Origin: Oscillospiraceae bacterium
Lineage (GTDB): Bacteria; Bacillota; Clostridia; Oscillospirales; Oscillospiraceae
Assembly (NCBI GenBank): GCA_017391305.1
Contig: JAFOZC010000067.1
Location: 1 to 40,366 of the forward strand
Length of the DNA: 40,366 nucleotides
Reading direction: 5' to 3'
The position numbers were made by a program, and so were the translations under genes. Each line of letters begins with the position of its first letter. Positions within the stretch are counted from its first letter, which is position 1. The notes under the pieces were generated by a model. It had not been told where the DNA came from. It worked only from the letters and a program-made list of their open reading frames with translations, and ran no database searches. Of the stretch, positions 17,428-27,256 are shown piece by piece.

Positions 17428-17796
17428 ATGGAAAATAAATTCAGACCCGTCGTATCTGTGCGGATCTTTGGAGAGGGAAAGTGCTTCGGACCCGGTGTGG
17501 CACAGCTCCTTAGGCAGGTGGAGGAAAGGCATTCCCTCCGTGCCGCCGCTATCTCCATGGGCATGGCCTACTCCAAAGCATGGACGATCGTCAAAACCGC
17601 CGAGAAAGAACTGGGCTTCGAACTGCTGGTATCCACCACAGGGGGCAAAAACGGAGGAGGTGCAACACTTTCACAAAGGGCCACAGGCCTACTCGCCGCC
17701 TATGAGGAATACTGCACCCACGTCCGAGCCTATGCCCAACAAGAATTTGCAAACCGCTTCCCTCAAGTCCTCTACTCGGAAGCAGAGGAAGAATAA
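17428..17796 (+). CDS. ModE-like winged-helix regulator (DNA-binding domain only)
   Basis: FGPGVAQLLRQVEERHSLRAAAISMGMAYSKAW...LGFELLVSTTGGKNGGGATLS, a ModE N-terminal signature. 122 aa, no TOBE/molbindin domains. Confidence 0.85.
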   Translation: MENKFRPVVSVRIFGEGKCFGPGVAQLLRQVEERHSLRAAAISMGMAYSKAWTIVKTAEKELGFELLVSTTGGKNGGGATLSQRATGLLAAYEEYCTHVRAYAQQEFANRFPQVLYSEAEEE

Positions 17797-17803
17797 TAGC
17801 TCA

Positions 17804-17837
17804 AAAGGATCCTCCCCAAAAACAGGGAGGATCCTTT
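17804..17837. terminator. Bidirectional terminator between convergent genes
   Basis: AAAGGATCCTCCC...GGGAGGATCCTTT. Confidence 0.7.
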
Positions 17838-17883
17838 ATTGCGATACAACAGACCTTCTAAATTCGGATCAATGGGTCTTTGC

Positions 17884-19275
17884 TTATTTCTTCGCTTTGT
17901 GACCGAAGAGGAGAGTTCCGAAGAGGACGGAGAGGGGGACAGCCAGGATGACACCGGCGGAGCTTGCCAGAGCCTGCACAGCCTCCACGGACAGGTAGGC
18001 GGTGGACATAAGCTGCTGATAAGAGGGCTCCAGAGACACCAGATAGATCATCATGACCAGAGAAGCGCCTACAAAGGCGAGGATCAGGGTGTTGGTCATA
18101 GTACCGACCATATCCCGTCCGATGGTGATGCCGGATTTGAACAGCTCCTTGCGGCTCAGATCAGGGTTCACAGTGATCAGCTCCTTCATGGCAGAGCTGA
18201 TGCTCATGGCAACGTCATTGACAGCGCCCAGTGCGGCAATGAGGATGCCGCCGACCAGAAGATCCCCGATCTGTAGGGACTTGGTCACCGGCTGCATCTG
18301 CTTGATCTGCAGGAGGGCTTCAATGGTGGAGTCTACCTCATAGGTCTTGTAGCCGTTGACACGGAGGATCTCACAGGCAATGCGACCGAACACTGCGGCA
18401 ACGACAACACCGGAGACCGTGCCCAGAATGGCACAGAGGGTCTTCTTGTTGACTCCTGTCAGAAGGACGAAATCCACAACGGTTACGAAGGCGCACATGG
18501 CAAGAACCGTGGGGAGAGTCGGTGCGCCGCCGATGAGCAGGGGGATCAGGATGCTGAACATACACACAAAGGTCAGACATAGGCTGAGCAGGGACTTAGC
18601 TCCAACCTTGCCACCGACCAACACGGTCAGGAGGAGGAAGAGGGCCAGAACCAGCAACAGGGGAGAGGAACGGTCAAAATCCTGGAGAACCAGGTCTGTG
18701 ACTGTTCCGTCTTCGTATACTACAGCCAGAGTGACGCTGTCCCCCACCTTCACAGGGGTGCCGTAGAGGAAGCTCATGTTATTGACCACTTCGTAGAAAC
18801 GCTGTCCGGCATAGTCACCGCTTGTCAGCTCCACGGTGAGGAATTGCTTGCCCACGGGAACATCCTCAAAGTCCTGCTGGGTCTCATATTGGTTCTTGGT
18901 GATGTCCAGTACCCTTCCCTTTTCGTAAGTAATGCCGGCATGAACGGTGGATTGGGGGATCGAGGGGGTCTGCTGAGCCCACTGATATGCCCACAGGAAG
19001 ACCACTGCCGCCAGAGAAAGAATGGTCACCCCAAGGAGAGAGGAAAGGGTCAAAGGCTTCCGCTCAACTCTCTTTTCCCTCCAAGACAGGGTGGGAAGGC
19101 CGAGGGTCTTCCACAGCAGTACAACACCGCCCAGAGCCAGAAAGCCTGTGGAGAGCAGCTCTAAGGGCCTGGCACCCCGTCCGAGGAACAGGATGAAAAG
19201 CAGTAAAGCGCCCCCAAGAAAGAGCAGCCCCACGGGGAGAAAAATTCTACTAAGGAAAGGTCGTTTTTCTTTCAT
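17884..19275 (-). CDS. YibE/F family membrane protein
   Basis: DFDRSSPLL, VGGKVGAKSLLSL, GILIAALGAVNDVAMSISSAM, GITIGRDMVGTMTNTLILAFVGASL and GVILAVPL. Confidence 0.88.
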   Translation of the reverse strand: MKEKRPFLSRIFLPVGLLFLGGALLLFILFLGRGARPLELLSTGFLALGGVVLLWKTLGLPTLSWREKRVERKPLTLSSLLGVTILSLAAVVFLWAYQWAQQTPSIPQSTVHAGITYEKGRVLDITKNQYETQQDFEDVPVGKQFLTVELTSGDYAGQRFYEVVNNMSFLYGTPVKVGDSVTLAVVYEDGTVTDLVLQDFDRSSPLLLVLALFLLLTVLVGGKVGAKSLLSLCLTFVCMFSILIPLLIGGAPTLPTVLAMCAFVTVVDFVLLTGVNKKTLCAILGTVSGVVVAAVFGRIACEILRVNGYKTYEVDSTIEALLQIKQMQPVTKSLQIGDLLVGGILIAALGAVNDVAMSISSAMKELITVNPDLSRKELFKSGITIGRDMVGTMTNTLILAFVGASLVMMIYLVSLEPSYQQLMSTAYLSVEAVQALASSAGVILAVPLSVLFGTLLFGHKAKK

Positions 19276-19306
19276 TTGTAAATTACCTCATTGATGGAAT
19301 ATATCT

Positions 19307-19335
19307 ATTATAATATAGTGAATCCAAGCTGTCAA
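19307..19335 (-). promoter_or_regulatory. Consensus sigma-A promoter of YibE/F gene
   Basis: Minus strand TTGACA-17 nt-TATAAT, a perfect consensus. Confidence 0.75.
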
Positions 19336-19608
19336 GCAAAAGCTGAGAGAAAGATAGATAGGCAAAATGACCAAAATTCAAATACCATTGGTTTCAAAGG
19401 GAATTTTATAATTTCACGGCAATATAACATATAGCGAACAGGGAGGAAAGGGCAGGAAATTGTAGCTTTGCACAAAAAGCAAAAAATGTGGGACAAGAAG
19501 CAAAATATGGGTGGAATTTTTCTTGGATTTGTGGTATCATGTTCCTATCACTATGGGTATCTCTGCGCCCAAGCGGAGAATCTGTAAATATTTTAGGAGG
19601 ACAAACAA

Positions 19609-22600
19609 ATGAGAAAGAATCTCAAGAGAGCGATCAGCTTGCTTCTGGCAATGGTGATGGTTCTCAGCGTACTGCCTGTTATGGCATTCGCAGCGGACAC
19701 CTATGTGGCTAAGGCTGCAACCGGTATCCCCGAGGGCAAGGATGTTGTGATCTACAACGCACTTGGCTTCAGTGTCTTCGGCAGCTGCAATGCCGGTAAC
19801 GTATCCCCTATCGCAGCCAACCTCACCGAGGATGAGCTGGAGGTCAAGGAAGGCTCCGGTGCCTACCGCCTCACCAAGAACACCGACGGCACCTACTACA
19901 TCACCTACGGCGGCCAGTATCTGTATGCCATTGATACCAGCAGCCTGGGCATGAGCAGCACTGCTGTCAAGGGTGCAAAGTGGACCATCACTGCAACCAC
20001 CGGCGGCTACTACATTGCCAACGTGGATCAGAAGTTCTACGACAACCCTGTTCACATCGAGTATTACGGCGGCGCCTTCAAGCTGTGGAGCTACAAGGCA
20101 GAGACCAATGATAACTATATCATGAACTTCTTCGAGCTGCCCGCAGAGGCTGACGAAGACGGCGACGGCAGAGTCGGTGCAGACGCTCTCCCCGCAGGCA
20201 ACCGTCCCAAGGACGGCAGCAAGGTCGTGATTTATAACCACTCCGGCTCCGCATGTGTCGGCGGTGTTGACGGTGTGAGCCTGTCCTCCATCGAGTCCAA
20301 GCTGGAAGGCAATGAGCTGAAGGTCGGCAACGGCGCTCTCATTTTCACCATCCATGTAGACGGCGAGTACTACACCTTCGAGAACCAGGGCAAGTTCCTG
20401 CGTACCTCCGAGAACCAGACCGACGGCAGCAATGCCGAGGAGCTGTACTTCGTTGAAGAGGAAAGCGACTACACCAAGTGGAAGCTGGAACAGGTAGAAG
20501 GCGGCTTCCTCATGTCCAACAAGGTTGCTACCTACAAGACCCGTCCCGTTGTCATCGAGTACTTCGGCGAGGCCTTCAAGGGCTGGACCGTGGGCAGCGG
20601 CGACATCAGCCTCTTTGCTATGAAGTTCTTTGAGGTTGAGGATCCCCAGAACATCGGCTATGTTCTGAACCCCACCATGACCATCAATGCTCAGAATGCT
20701 TATCTGGGTATCTCCTATGAGTTCAAGATGAAGCTGGACGAGCTGAGCCAGATCAAGAAGCTGGACATGACCGCTTCTGTTGACGGCGGCGCTCCCTTTG
20801 CTGTCACCGAGAAGAGCTCCAAGGACAATGAGTACGTTTACGCTGTAGACGGCTCCAAGCTCACCGGCAAGAAGCTGACCCTGAAGGGTACTGCTACCAA
20901 TGAGTTCAACATGACCTATTCCGCAGAGGTTACTGTGGACATCATGGATGAGCCCGTGATCCTGAACGTATCTCCCGCTTCCAACGAGTCCACCGGCACC
21001 GAGAAGCGCCCCGAGATCGTGATCGATATTGCCAACTGCGGCACCAACCCCAAGGTCGTTATGACCCTCGACGATGTTGCGGTTACTCCCACCGTAACTG
21101 CTAAGAAGATCAGCTATAAGCCCACTGAGGATCTGACTGATGACCGTCACGTTGTTGCTCTGACCATTACCCGTGCTGATGGCAAGGTCGCTGAGATGAC
21201 CTGGTCCTTCAGCGTTGGCGAAGGCACTCTGGGCCTGTACTATGGCCAGATGCACGCACATACTGCTGAGTACTCCGACGGCGCAGGTACTCTGGAGGAT
21301 GCATACGAGTATGCTTCCAAGGCAGAGGACATCGACTACATCTTTATTACCGACCACTCCAACTACTTCGATACCACCAAGACTGCTACCACCTCCAGCT
21401 ACTATGATCTGAGCTCTCTGGAGATGGCTAAGAGCGGTGGCATCACCAAGTGGGAAGAGGCCAAGCTCACTGCACTGCAGTACACCACCGAGTCCTTCAT
21501 CGCCGCTTACGGCTATGAGATGACCTGGTCCGGCGGCCCCGGCCACACCAACTCCTTCAACACCTACGGCACTGTTTCCCGTAACAACTCCGAGATTAAC
21601 AACAAGACCGGCTATGCAGGTATGCACCGCTACAACGACCTGATGGTTTACGCAAACCAGGGTCTGGATATCAACGGTCAGCCCGTAGCAGAGGGTGTCA
21701 AGACCAGGTACATCGAGGACGCTCCTGTTGTTTCTCAGTTCAACCACCCCGGCAAGACCTTCGGCAACTTCGACAACTTCGCAGGCTACACTCCCGCCCG
21801 TGACAGCGTTCTGTCTCTGGTTGAGGTCGGCAACGGCGAAGGCGCAGTTGGCGGCAACGCATATTTCCCCAGCTATGCAGAATATGATCTGGCTCTGTCT
21901 AAGGGCTGGCACGTAGCTCCCACCATTAACCAGGACAACCACAAGGGTAAGTGGGGCGATGCCAACACCGCCCGTGACGTTATCGTAACCGACGACTTCA
22001 CCGAGGCAGGTCTGTACAGAGCAATGTCCGAGCGTCGCGTCTATGCTACCGAGGACCAGAACCTCCGTATTTACTACTACCTGAATGACGTCCTCATGGG
22101 CGGCGTTGTCCCTGTTGAGGACGACCAGACCATCGAGAAGGTCACCATTAAGGCTTCCATCTCCGACCCCGACAAGGAAGGTCTTGGCAAGATCGAGGTC
22201 ATTGGCGAGAACGGCCTGACCAAGTACTCTGTTGATGTTGCAGGTGCTACCTATGAGCTGAAGGTAGAGCTGGACAACACCGACGCTTACTACTACATCC
22301 GTGTTACCGAGGCCGACGGCGACATCGCTGTTACCTCTCCTGTTTGGGTTGGCGAGGCTACTCCCATCACCGCAGAGGCTTCTACCAGCACCTATATCAG
22401 CATCATGGGCGAGGCAGAGACTGTCTCCGCTACTGTTACCAACTCCGCTGAGGCTGCATACACCGTCAGCAAGGTAGAGTTCACCCTGAATGCACAGGGC
22501 AAGGAAATGGTTGTCTACACCGACAACACTGCCAGAACTGTTGCAGCAGGCGCAAACGAAACTGTAAGCTTCGACTTTGTTCCCTCCATCGAGGGCGAGC

Positions 22601-24753
22601 AGACCATGACTGTTATTTTCTATGGCACCTACAACGGCAAGGATTTCAAGTGCCAGGCCGCTTATGAATTTGATGCCATTGATCCCTACAAGCTGATCCG
22701 TGTGGGTGTTGACTACGGTCATGACAATTACTATCTGTCCGGCAACTACAAGGACAATGCAGGCAACTTCGTCCAGTTCTGCGCTCAGAACGGCGTTCTC
22801 TGCGAGCAGATCGACAAGGGCGAATTCACCTACGAGACCCTTTCTCAGTATAAGCTGGTGGTTCTGACCGTTCCCTATCTGAGAAAGGACGGCAAGGCCA
22901 ATACCTATACCGCAGAAGAGCTTGCTGCACTGACCAAGTTCGCAGCAGAAGGCGGCAGCCTCATCGTTTGCTCCAAGTCCGACCGTGAGAACGACTACGA
23001 CAACTGTGCAGACAACTCCAATGCTATTCTGGAAGCTGTAGGCGCTCATACCCGTGTGGTCAACGGTATCATTGTCGACAATGAGATGAAGGCCAACGAG
23101 GCATACCGTATCTACTTCTCCAGCAAGGACAACTTCAACACCGAGCATCCCTTCACCAAGGGCACCTACACCTCCTCCAATGCCTTCGGCACTGTTTCCT
23201 CTCCCGAGAATCAGACCGGTTTCCAGGTTTACAACGGCGCTCCCATTGAGATTCTGGAAGGCTATGAGGGCAAGGTTGAGACCCTGATCCGTGGCTACAA
23301 CACCACTTGGGGCTCCCACTACGACGGCTACTTCACCGGTGCTGCATTCGTTCCCGAATATGACGAGACCAACGAGACCGCTGTCTCCGTCAAGATGGGT
23401 GACGTCAATGTCATGACCTACGAAGAGCTGCCCGCAGGCGGTTGGGTCCTGACCTCCGGTGTTACCTTCTTCTCCAACTACGACATCAAGGACGAGGTTG
23501 AGTACGCCAACAAGTACATCCTCCGCAACATTCTCCGCTCCATGAGAACCGGAGATGAGGTCGTTACTCCTCTGGAAGAGGTAAAGAAGCAGACCGAAGG
23601 CGAATTCACCGTTGACGGCTATGTTACCTCTAACGCTTCCGCTTATGATCAGGACACCGCTTTCTTCGATTGCATCTATATCCAGGACAAGGAAGGCAAT
23701 GGCCTGAACATCTTCCCCGTAGCCGGCAACTATGCCATCGGCATGAATGTCCGTTGCCACGGCGGTATCACCTTCTACTGCGGCGAAGTCGAGCTGAACC
23801 TGGGTACTGAGCATCATGGTTACATCCGTGTTATCTCCGACGAGCTGTACGAAGTGAAGCCCGCAAGAGTCTCCTGCGCTACTGCTATGTCTGATGCAAC
23901 AATCGGTAACCTCATGAAGATCGGCGGCAAGGTCGTTGATATTCATAAGACCGAGGGTGTCATTGACAAGATCTATGTACAGGATGCTACCGGCATCGCT
24001 TGCGTATTCATCAACGGCTACATCAACAAGGACTACACCGGTCTGGACGATCTGAAGGTCGGCATGCTGATCTACGCTGTCGGTATCGGTTCCCGTGACG
24101 TGGACGAGACCAGCGACTCCGGCGAAGTCTTCGCCCGTCTCCGTGTCCGTAACCGTTCCGAGATCGAGATCTACGATTCTAATGTACAGATGGCCTTCAA
24201 CGATGTCAGCCAGCTGGATTGGTTCTTTGAGTCCGTAGAGTACTGCTTCAACAACGGCCTGCTCAGCGGCATGAGTGCAACCGTATTCGGACCTCAGGTC
24301 ACTCTGAACCGTGCAATGGTCGCTACCGTTCTCCACCGCATGGCCGGCGAACCCAAGGCTGCTGCAGCCGCTGAGTTTACCGATGTTATGGAAGGCGCTT
24401 ACTACTTCGATGCAGTTGCTTGGGCAGCTGAGAACGGCATCGTTATGGGTTACACCGACGGCACCTTCAAGCCTGAGAACATGATCACCCGTCAGGAAAT
24501 GGCAGCTATGCTGGCAAGATATGCAAGATATGCCAAGGTAGACACTACCAAGAAGGGCGATCTGACCACCTATCCCGATGGCGAGACTGTTGCTCCTTGG
24601 GCACAGGAAGATGTCGCATGGTGTGTAGCAGAAGGCATCATCAATGGTGTAGCAAGCACCAAGGGCACCTACCTGCAGCCTTACGGCATTGCAACCCGTG
24701 CTCAGTTTGCAACCATTATCATGCTCTTTGACCAGCTGAATAAGGGCGAATAA
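19609..24753 (+). CDS. SLH-anchored multidomain surface metallohydrolase (PHP, CehA/McbA-like, plus OB-fold-like domains), 1714 aa
   Basis: Signal peptide ending AFA. PHP motifs YGQMHAHT.YSDG, ITDHSN, GYEMTW, GH, FNHPG and QDNH. Two OB-like segments (IYIQD, IYVQDATG). Three SLH repeats (FNDVSQ.DWF, FTDV...YY.DAVAWA, ITRQEMA, ATRAQFA). RBS AGGAGG. Confidence 0.85.
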   Translation: MRKNLKRAISLLLAMVMVLSVLPVMAFAADTYVAKAATGIPEGKDVVIYNALGFSVFGSCNAGNVSPIAANLTEDELEVKEGSGAYRLTKNTDGTYYITYGGQYLYAIDTSSLGMSSTAVKGAKWTITATTGGYYIANVDQKFYDNPVHIEYYGGAFKLWSYKAETNDNYIMNFFELPAEADEDGDGRVGADALPAGNRPKDGSKVVIYNHSGSACVGGVDGVSLSSIESKLEGNELKVGNGALIFTIHVDGEYYTFENQGKFLRTSENQTDGSNAEELYFVEEESDYTKWKLEQVEGGFLMSNKVATYKTRPVVIEYFGEAFKGWTVGSGDISLFAMKFFEVEDPQNIGYVLNPTMTINAQNAYLGISYEFKMKLDELSQIKKLDMTASVDGGAPFAVTEKSSKDNEYVYAVDGSKLTGKKLTLKGTATNEFNMTYSAEVTVDIMDEPVILNVSPASNESTGTEKRPEIVIDIANCGTNPKVVMTLDDVAVTPTVTAKKISYKPTEDLTDDRHVVALTITRADGKVAEMTWSFSVGEGTLGLYYGQMHAHTAEYSDGAGTLEDAYEYASKAEDIDYIFITDHSNYFDTTKTATTSSYYDLSSLEMAKSGGITKWEEAKLTALQYTTESFIAAYGYEMTWSGGPGHTNSFNTYGTVSRNNSEINNKTGYAGMHRYNDLMVYANQGLDINGQPVAEGVKTRYIEDAPVVSQFNHPGKTFGNFDNFAGYTPARDSVLSLVEVGNGEGAVGGNAYFPSYAEYDLALSKGWHVAPTINQDNHKGKWGDANTARDVIVTDDFTEAGLYRAMSERRVYATEDQNLRIYYYLNDVLMGGVVPVEDDQTIEKVTIKASISDPDKEGLGKIEVIGENGLTKYSVDVAGATYELKVELDNTDAYYYIRVTEADGDIAVTSPVWVGEATPITAEASTSTYISIMGEAETVSATVTNSAEAAYTVSKVEFTLNAQGKEMVVYTDNTARTVAAGANETVSFDFVPSIEGEQTMTVIFYGTYNGKDFKCQAAYEFDAIDPYKLIRVGVDYGHDNYYLSGNYKDNAGNFVQFCAQNGVLCEQIDKGEFTYETLSQYKLVVLTVPYLRKDGKANTYTAEELAALTKFAAEGGSLIVCSKSDRENDYDNCADNSNAILEAVGAHTRVVNGIIVDNEMKANEAYRIYFSSKDNFNTEHPFTKGTYTSSNAFGTVSSPENQTGFQVYNGAPIEILEGYEGKVETLIRGYNTTWGSHYDGYFTGAAFVPEYDETNETAVSVKMGDVNVMTYEELPAGGWVLTSGVTFFSNYDIKDEVEYANKYILRNILRSMRTGDEVVTPLEEVKKQTEGEFTVDGYVTSNASAYDQDTAFFDCIYIQDKEGNGLNIFPVAGNYAIGMNVRCHGGITFYCGEVELNLGTEHHGYIRVISDELYEVKPARVSCATAMSDATIGNLMKIGGKVVDIHKTEGVIDKIYVQDATGIACVFINGYINKDYTGLDDLKVGMLIYAVGIGSRDVDETSDSGEVFARLRVRNRSEIEIYDSNVQMAFNDVSQLDWFFESVEYCFNNGLLSGMSATVFGPQVTLNRAMVATVLHRMAGEPKAAAAAEFTDVMEGAYYFDAVAWAAENGIVMGYTDGTFKPENMITRQEMAAMLARYARYAKVDTTKKGDLTTYPDGETVAPWAQEDVAWCVAEGIINGVASTKGTYLQPYGIATRAQFATIIMLFDQLNKGE

Positions 24754-24764
24754 TTCCAAAACCG

Positions 24765-24843
24765 ATGCCCTGCCTCCCCAATCAGGAGGCAGGGCATTAT
24801 ACGTAAAAAAGCAGGGCCGTTTTGACAACGGTCCTGCTTTTTT
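24765..24843. terminator. Two tandem hairpins between convergent genes, the second bidirectional
   Basis: ATGCCCTGCCTCC/GGAGGCAGGGCAT and AAAAAAGCAGGGCCGTT/AACGGTCCTGCTTTTTT. Confidence 0.8.
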
Positions 24844-24851
24844 AGATGGTA

Positions 24852-25082
24852 TTAGTCGATGATGTCAACAGTAACGCGTTTACCGTCGCGCTGTGCGACA
24901 GTCTTGACGACGGTACGGATCTCCTTTGCAATACGGCCCTGTCTGCCGATAACCTTGCCCATATCCTCGGGGGCTACACGCAGCTCAAGAACCATGTTGT
25001 CTCCGTCCTCTCTCTCTGTAACCGTGACCGCTTCAGGATGATCGACCAGTTGCGTCGCGACGTAGAGCAAGAGTTCCTTCAT
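24852..25082 (-). CDS. khpA: KH domain RNA-binding protein KhpA (UPF0109)
   Basis: LVDHPEAV, LELRVAPEDMGKVIGRQGRIAKEIRTVV. Follows rpsP. Confidence 0.93.
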   Translation of the reverse strand: MKELLLYVATQLVDHPEAVTVTEREDGDNMVLELRVAPEDMGKVIGRQGRIAKEIRTVVKTVAQRDGKRVTVDIID

Positions 25083-25100
25083 CGTTAACTCCCTTCTGAA

Positions 25101-25340
25101 TTAAAGGACGTTAGCCTTCTTCAGGAGAGCCTTCACGGTGTCGGTCGGCTGTGCGCCGTTCTTGATCCACTGCTGTGCCTTCTCTGCATCAACGGTGATG
25201 GTTGCGGGCTCGGTCAGGGGGTTGTAGGTGCCGATCTCTTCGATGCAACGGCCATCACGGGGGCTGCGGGAATCAGCAACGATAATGCGGTAGTAGGGAG
25301 CCTTCTTTGCGCCCATTCTTCTCAGTCTGATCTTAACCAT
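25101..25340 (-). CDS. rpsP: 30S ribosomal protein S16
   Basis: [48 protein letters not shown] before ATG 25340. Confidence 0.98.
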   Translation of the reverse strand: MVKIRLRRMGAKKAPYYRIIVADSRSPRDGRCIEEIGTYNPLTEPATITVDAEKAQQWIKNGAQPTDTVKALLKKANVL

Positions 25341-25420
25341 GGGATAATCCTCCAAAAATAAAATAATAATGAAATAATATATCTTTAGGTCTGTTGCCTA
25401 ATGATTACAATAGAATCGGC

Positions 25421-26767
25421 TTACATGCCGGGGAAGCCCTTCATGCCTCCCATTTTTGCAAGGAGCTTGTTCTTCTTGCCGCCCTTGCCGTTGAATTGCT
25501 TGATCATCTGTTGCATCTGATCAAATTGCTTCAGCAGACGGTTGATGTCCTCCACCTTCTGTCCGCAGCCAAGGGCGATGCGGCGCTTCCGGGAAGAGTT
25601 GAGAACATGGGGATTCTCTCTCTCGTAGGGGGTCATGGACAGGATGATAGCCTCAATGCGACCCATGGCAGACTCGTCTACCTGGAGATTCTTCACATTG
25701 CCCATGCCGGGGATCATGGCCATAAGCTCTTGCATGGAGCCCATCTTCTTGATCTGGAGCATCTGGTCATAGAAGTCTGCCAGAGTGAACTTGTTGGCGC
25801 GGAGTCTCTGCTCCAGCTCGGCGGCCTTCTTCTGATCCAGTGCCTGCTCTGCCTTCTCGATCAGGGACAGAACGTCGCCCATGCCCAGAATTCTGGAAGC
25901 CATGCGCTCCGGATGGAAGGCCTCGATCATATCCAGCTTCTCGCCGGTGCCGATGAACTTCACGGGCTTGCCGGTGACAGCCTTGACGGACAGAGCGGCG
26001 CCGCCACGGGCATCGCCGTCTAACTTGGTCAGCATGACACCGTCAATATTCAGCCATTCGTTAAAGGTCTGGGCGGCATTGACCGCATCCTGACCGGTCA
26101 TGGCATCGACAACCAAGAGGATCTCAGAGGGCTCTACCTCTGCCTTGATGGACTTGAGCTCATTCATCAGGTTCTCGTCTACGTGAAGACGGCCTGCGGT
26201 GTCCAGGAATACGATATCATTGCCGTGCTGCTGTGCGTGACGGATGGCAGCCTTGGCGATCTTGACAGGATTCTCCTGACCCATCTGGAAGACGGGAATG
26301 CCCAACTGTCCGCCAACGACCTCTAACTGGTGGATGGCAGCAGGACGGTAAATGTCACAGGCAACCAGAAGGGGACGCTTGCCCTGCTTCTTGAACAGGC
26401 CTGCAAGCTTGGCACCGTTAGTGGTCTTACCTGCACCCTGCAGGCCAACCAGCATGACCACGGTAGGGGACTTGGGAGAGATGGTAATACGCTGATTCTC
26501 ACTGCCCATAAGGCGGATCAGCTCTTCATTGACGATCTTGACGATCATCTGTGCGGGGGTCAGACTCTCCATAACATCCTGACCGACACAGCGCTCGGAG
26601 ACGGACTTCACAAAATCCTTGACAACCTTGTAGCTGACGTCGGCTTCCAGAAGAGCCAGGCGAATTTCACGCATGGCTTCCTTGATGTCGGATTCGGTCA
26701 GACGGCCCTTGCCGCGAAGCTTCTTGAATGCGGCATTTAATTTAGCGGTTAAACCTTCAAAAGCCAT
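25421..26767 (-). CDS. ffh: Signal recognition particle protein Ffh
   Basis: ALLEADV, GLQGAGKTT, DTAGRL, TKLDGDARGGAALS, RILGMGD and Met-rich M domain. Confidence 0.98.
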   Translation of the reverse strand: MAFEGLTAKLNAAFKKLRGKGRLTESDIKEAMREIRLALLEADVSYKVVKDFVKSVSERCVGQDVMESLTPAQMIVKIVNEELIRLMGSENQRITISPKSPTVVMLVGLQGAGKTTNGAKLAGLFKKQGKRPLLVACDIYRPAAIHQLEVVGGQLGIPVFQMGQENPVKIAKAAIRHAQQHGNDIVFLDTAGRLHVDENLMNELKSIKAEVEPSEILLVVDAMTGQDAVNAAQTFNEWLNIDGVMLTKLDGDARGGAALSVKAVTGKPVKFIGTGEKLDMIEAFHPERMASRILGMGDVLSLIEKAEQALDQKKAAELEQRLRANKFTLADFYDQMLQIKKMGSMQELMAMIPGMGNVKNLQVDESAMGRIEAIILSMTPYERENPHVLNSSRKRRIALGCGQKVEDINRLLKQFDQMQQMIKQFNGKGGKKNKLLAKMGGMKGFPGM

Positions 26768-26770
26768 TGT

Positions 26771-27121
26771 TTACTCCTTTACGGACGAGGCGGCGGACAG
26801 GATCTCTTGCGCTCTCTGTCGCACCTGAATATCCGAGTGTTGCAGAAGCTCTTGGGCGGCACAGCGGATGCTGTCCATGATACTGCGCAGCTGCTGCATC
26901 CGTTCCACACAGCCGGTGGTACGCTCCATCTGCTGCAGGATCGTCTCTGCCCGATTGATGGCATCGTGTACACCCTGACGGGAGATGCCCTCTTGCTCTG
27001 CGATCTCTCCGAGAGAGAAATCTTGATTGTAGTACAGGTCAAAGTAGCTCTGTTGCTTCTCCGTCAGGAGTGTGCCGTAGAAATCAAAAAGCAATGTCAT
27101 CTTAAATGCATCTTGTTTCAA
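26771..27121 (-). CDS. ylxM: YlxM family DNA-binding protein
   Basis: LLFDFYGTLLTEKQ..YFDLYY..DFSLGEIAE..GISRQGVHD, upstream of ffh. TTG 27121 fits RBS AAGGGG (alternative GTG 27130). Confidence 0.92.
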   Translation of the reverse strand: MKQDAFKMTLLFDFYGTLLTEKQQSYFDLYYNQDFSLGEIAEQEGISRQGVHDAINRAETILQQMERTTGCVERMQQLRSIMDSIRCAAQELLQHSDIQVRQRAQEILSAASSVKE

Positions 27122-27152
27122 ACCATACACCCCTTACTACAATTGCTTGGCT

Positions 27153-27181
27153 ATTGTACTACAGATCCTCTTGTTTGTCAA
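27153..27181 (-). promoter_or_regulatory. Sigma-A promoter of ylxM-ffh operon
   Basis: Minus strand TTGACA-17 nt-TACAAT. The -35 forms one arm of the palindrome TGTCAAG-N8-CTTGACA. Confidence 0.7.
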
Positions 27182-27256
27182 GAGAAAAAACTTGACAGAG
27201 AGTTATTTTTTCATATTTCTCTTGAAAAAGCCATAGAGTAAAGAGAGGTGATGGAA

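Noticed and set aside
19537-24828. 1763-aa antisense ORF opposite the SLH protein (and similar long antisense ORFs at 2016-3407, 5811-6980, 8801-10216, 36832-38301)
   Set aside because: They mirror well-supported genes in the codon-aligned antisense frame. Avoidance of TTA/CTA/TCA codons removes antisense stops. No motifs or RBS support.
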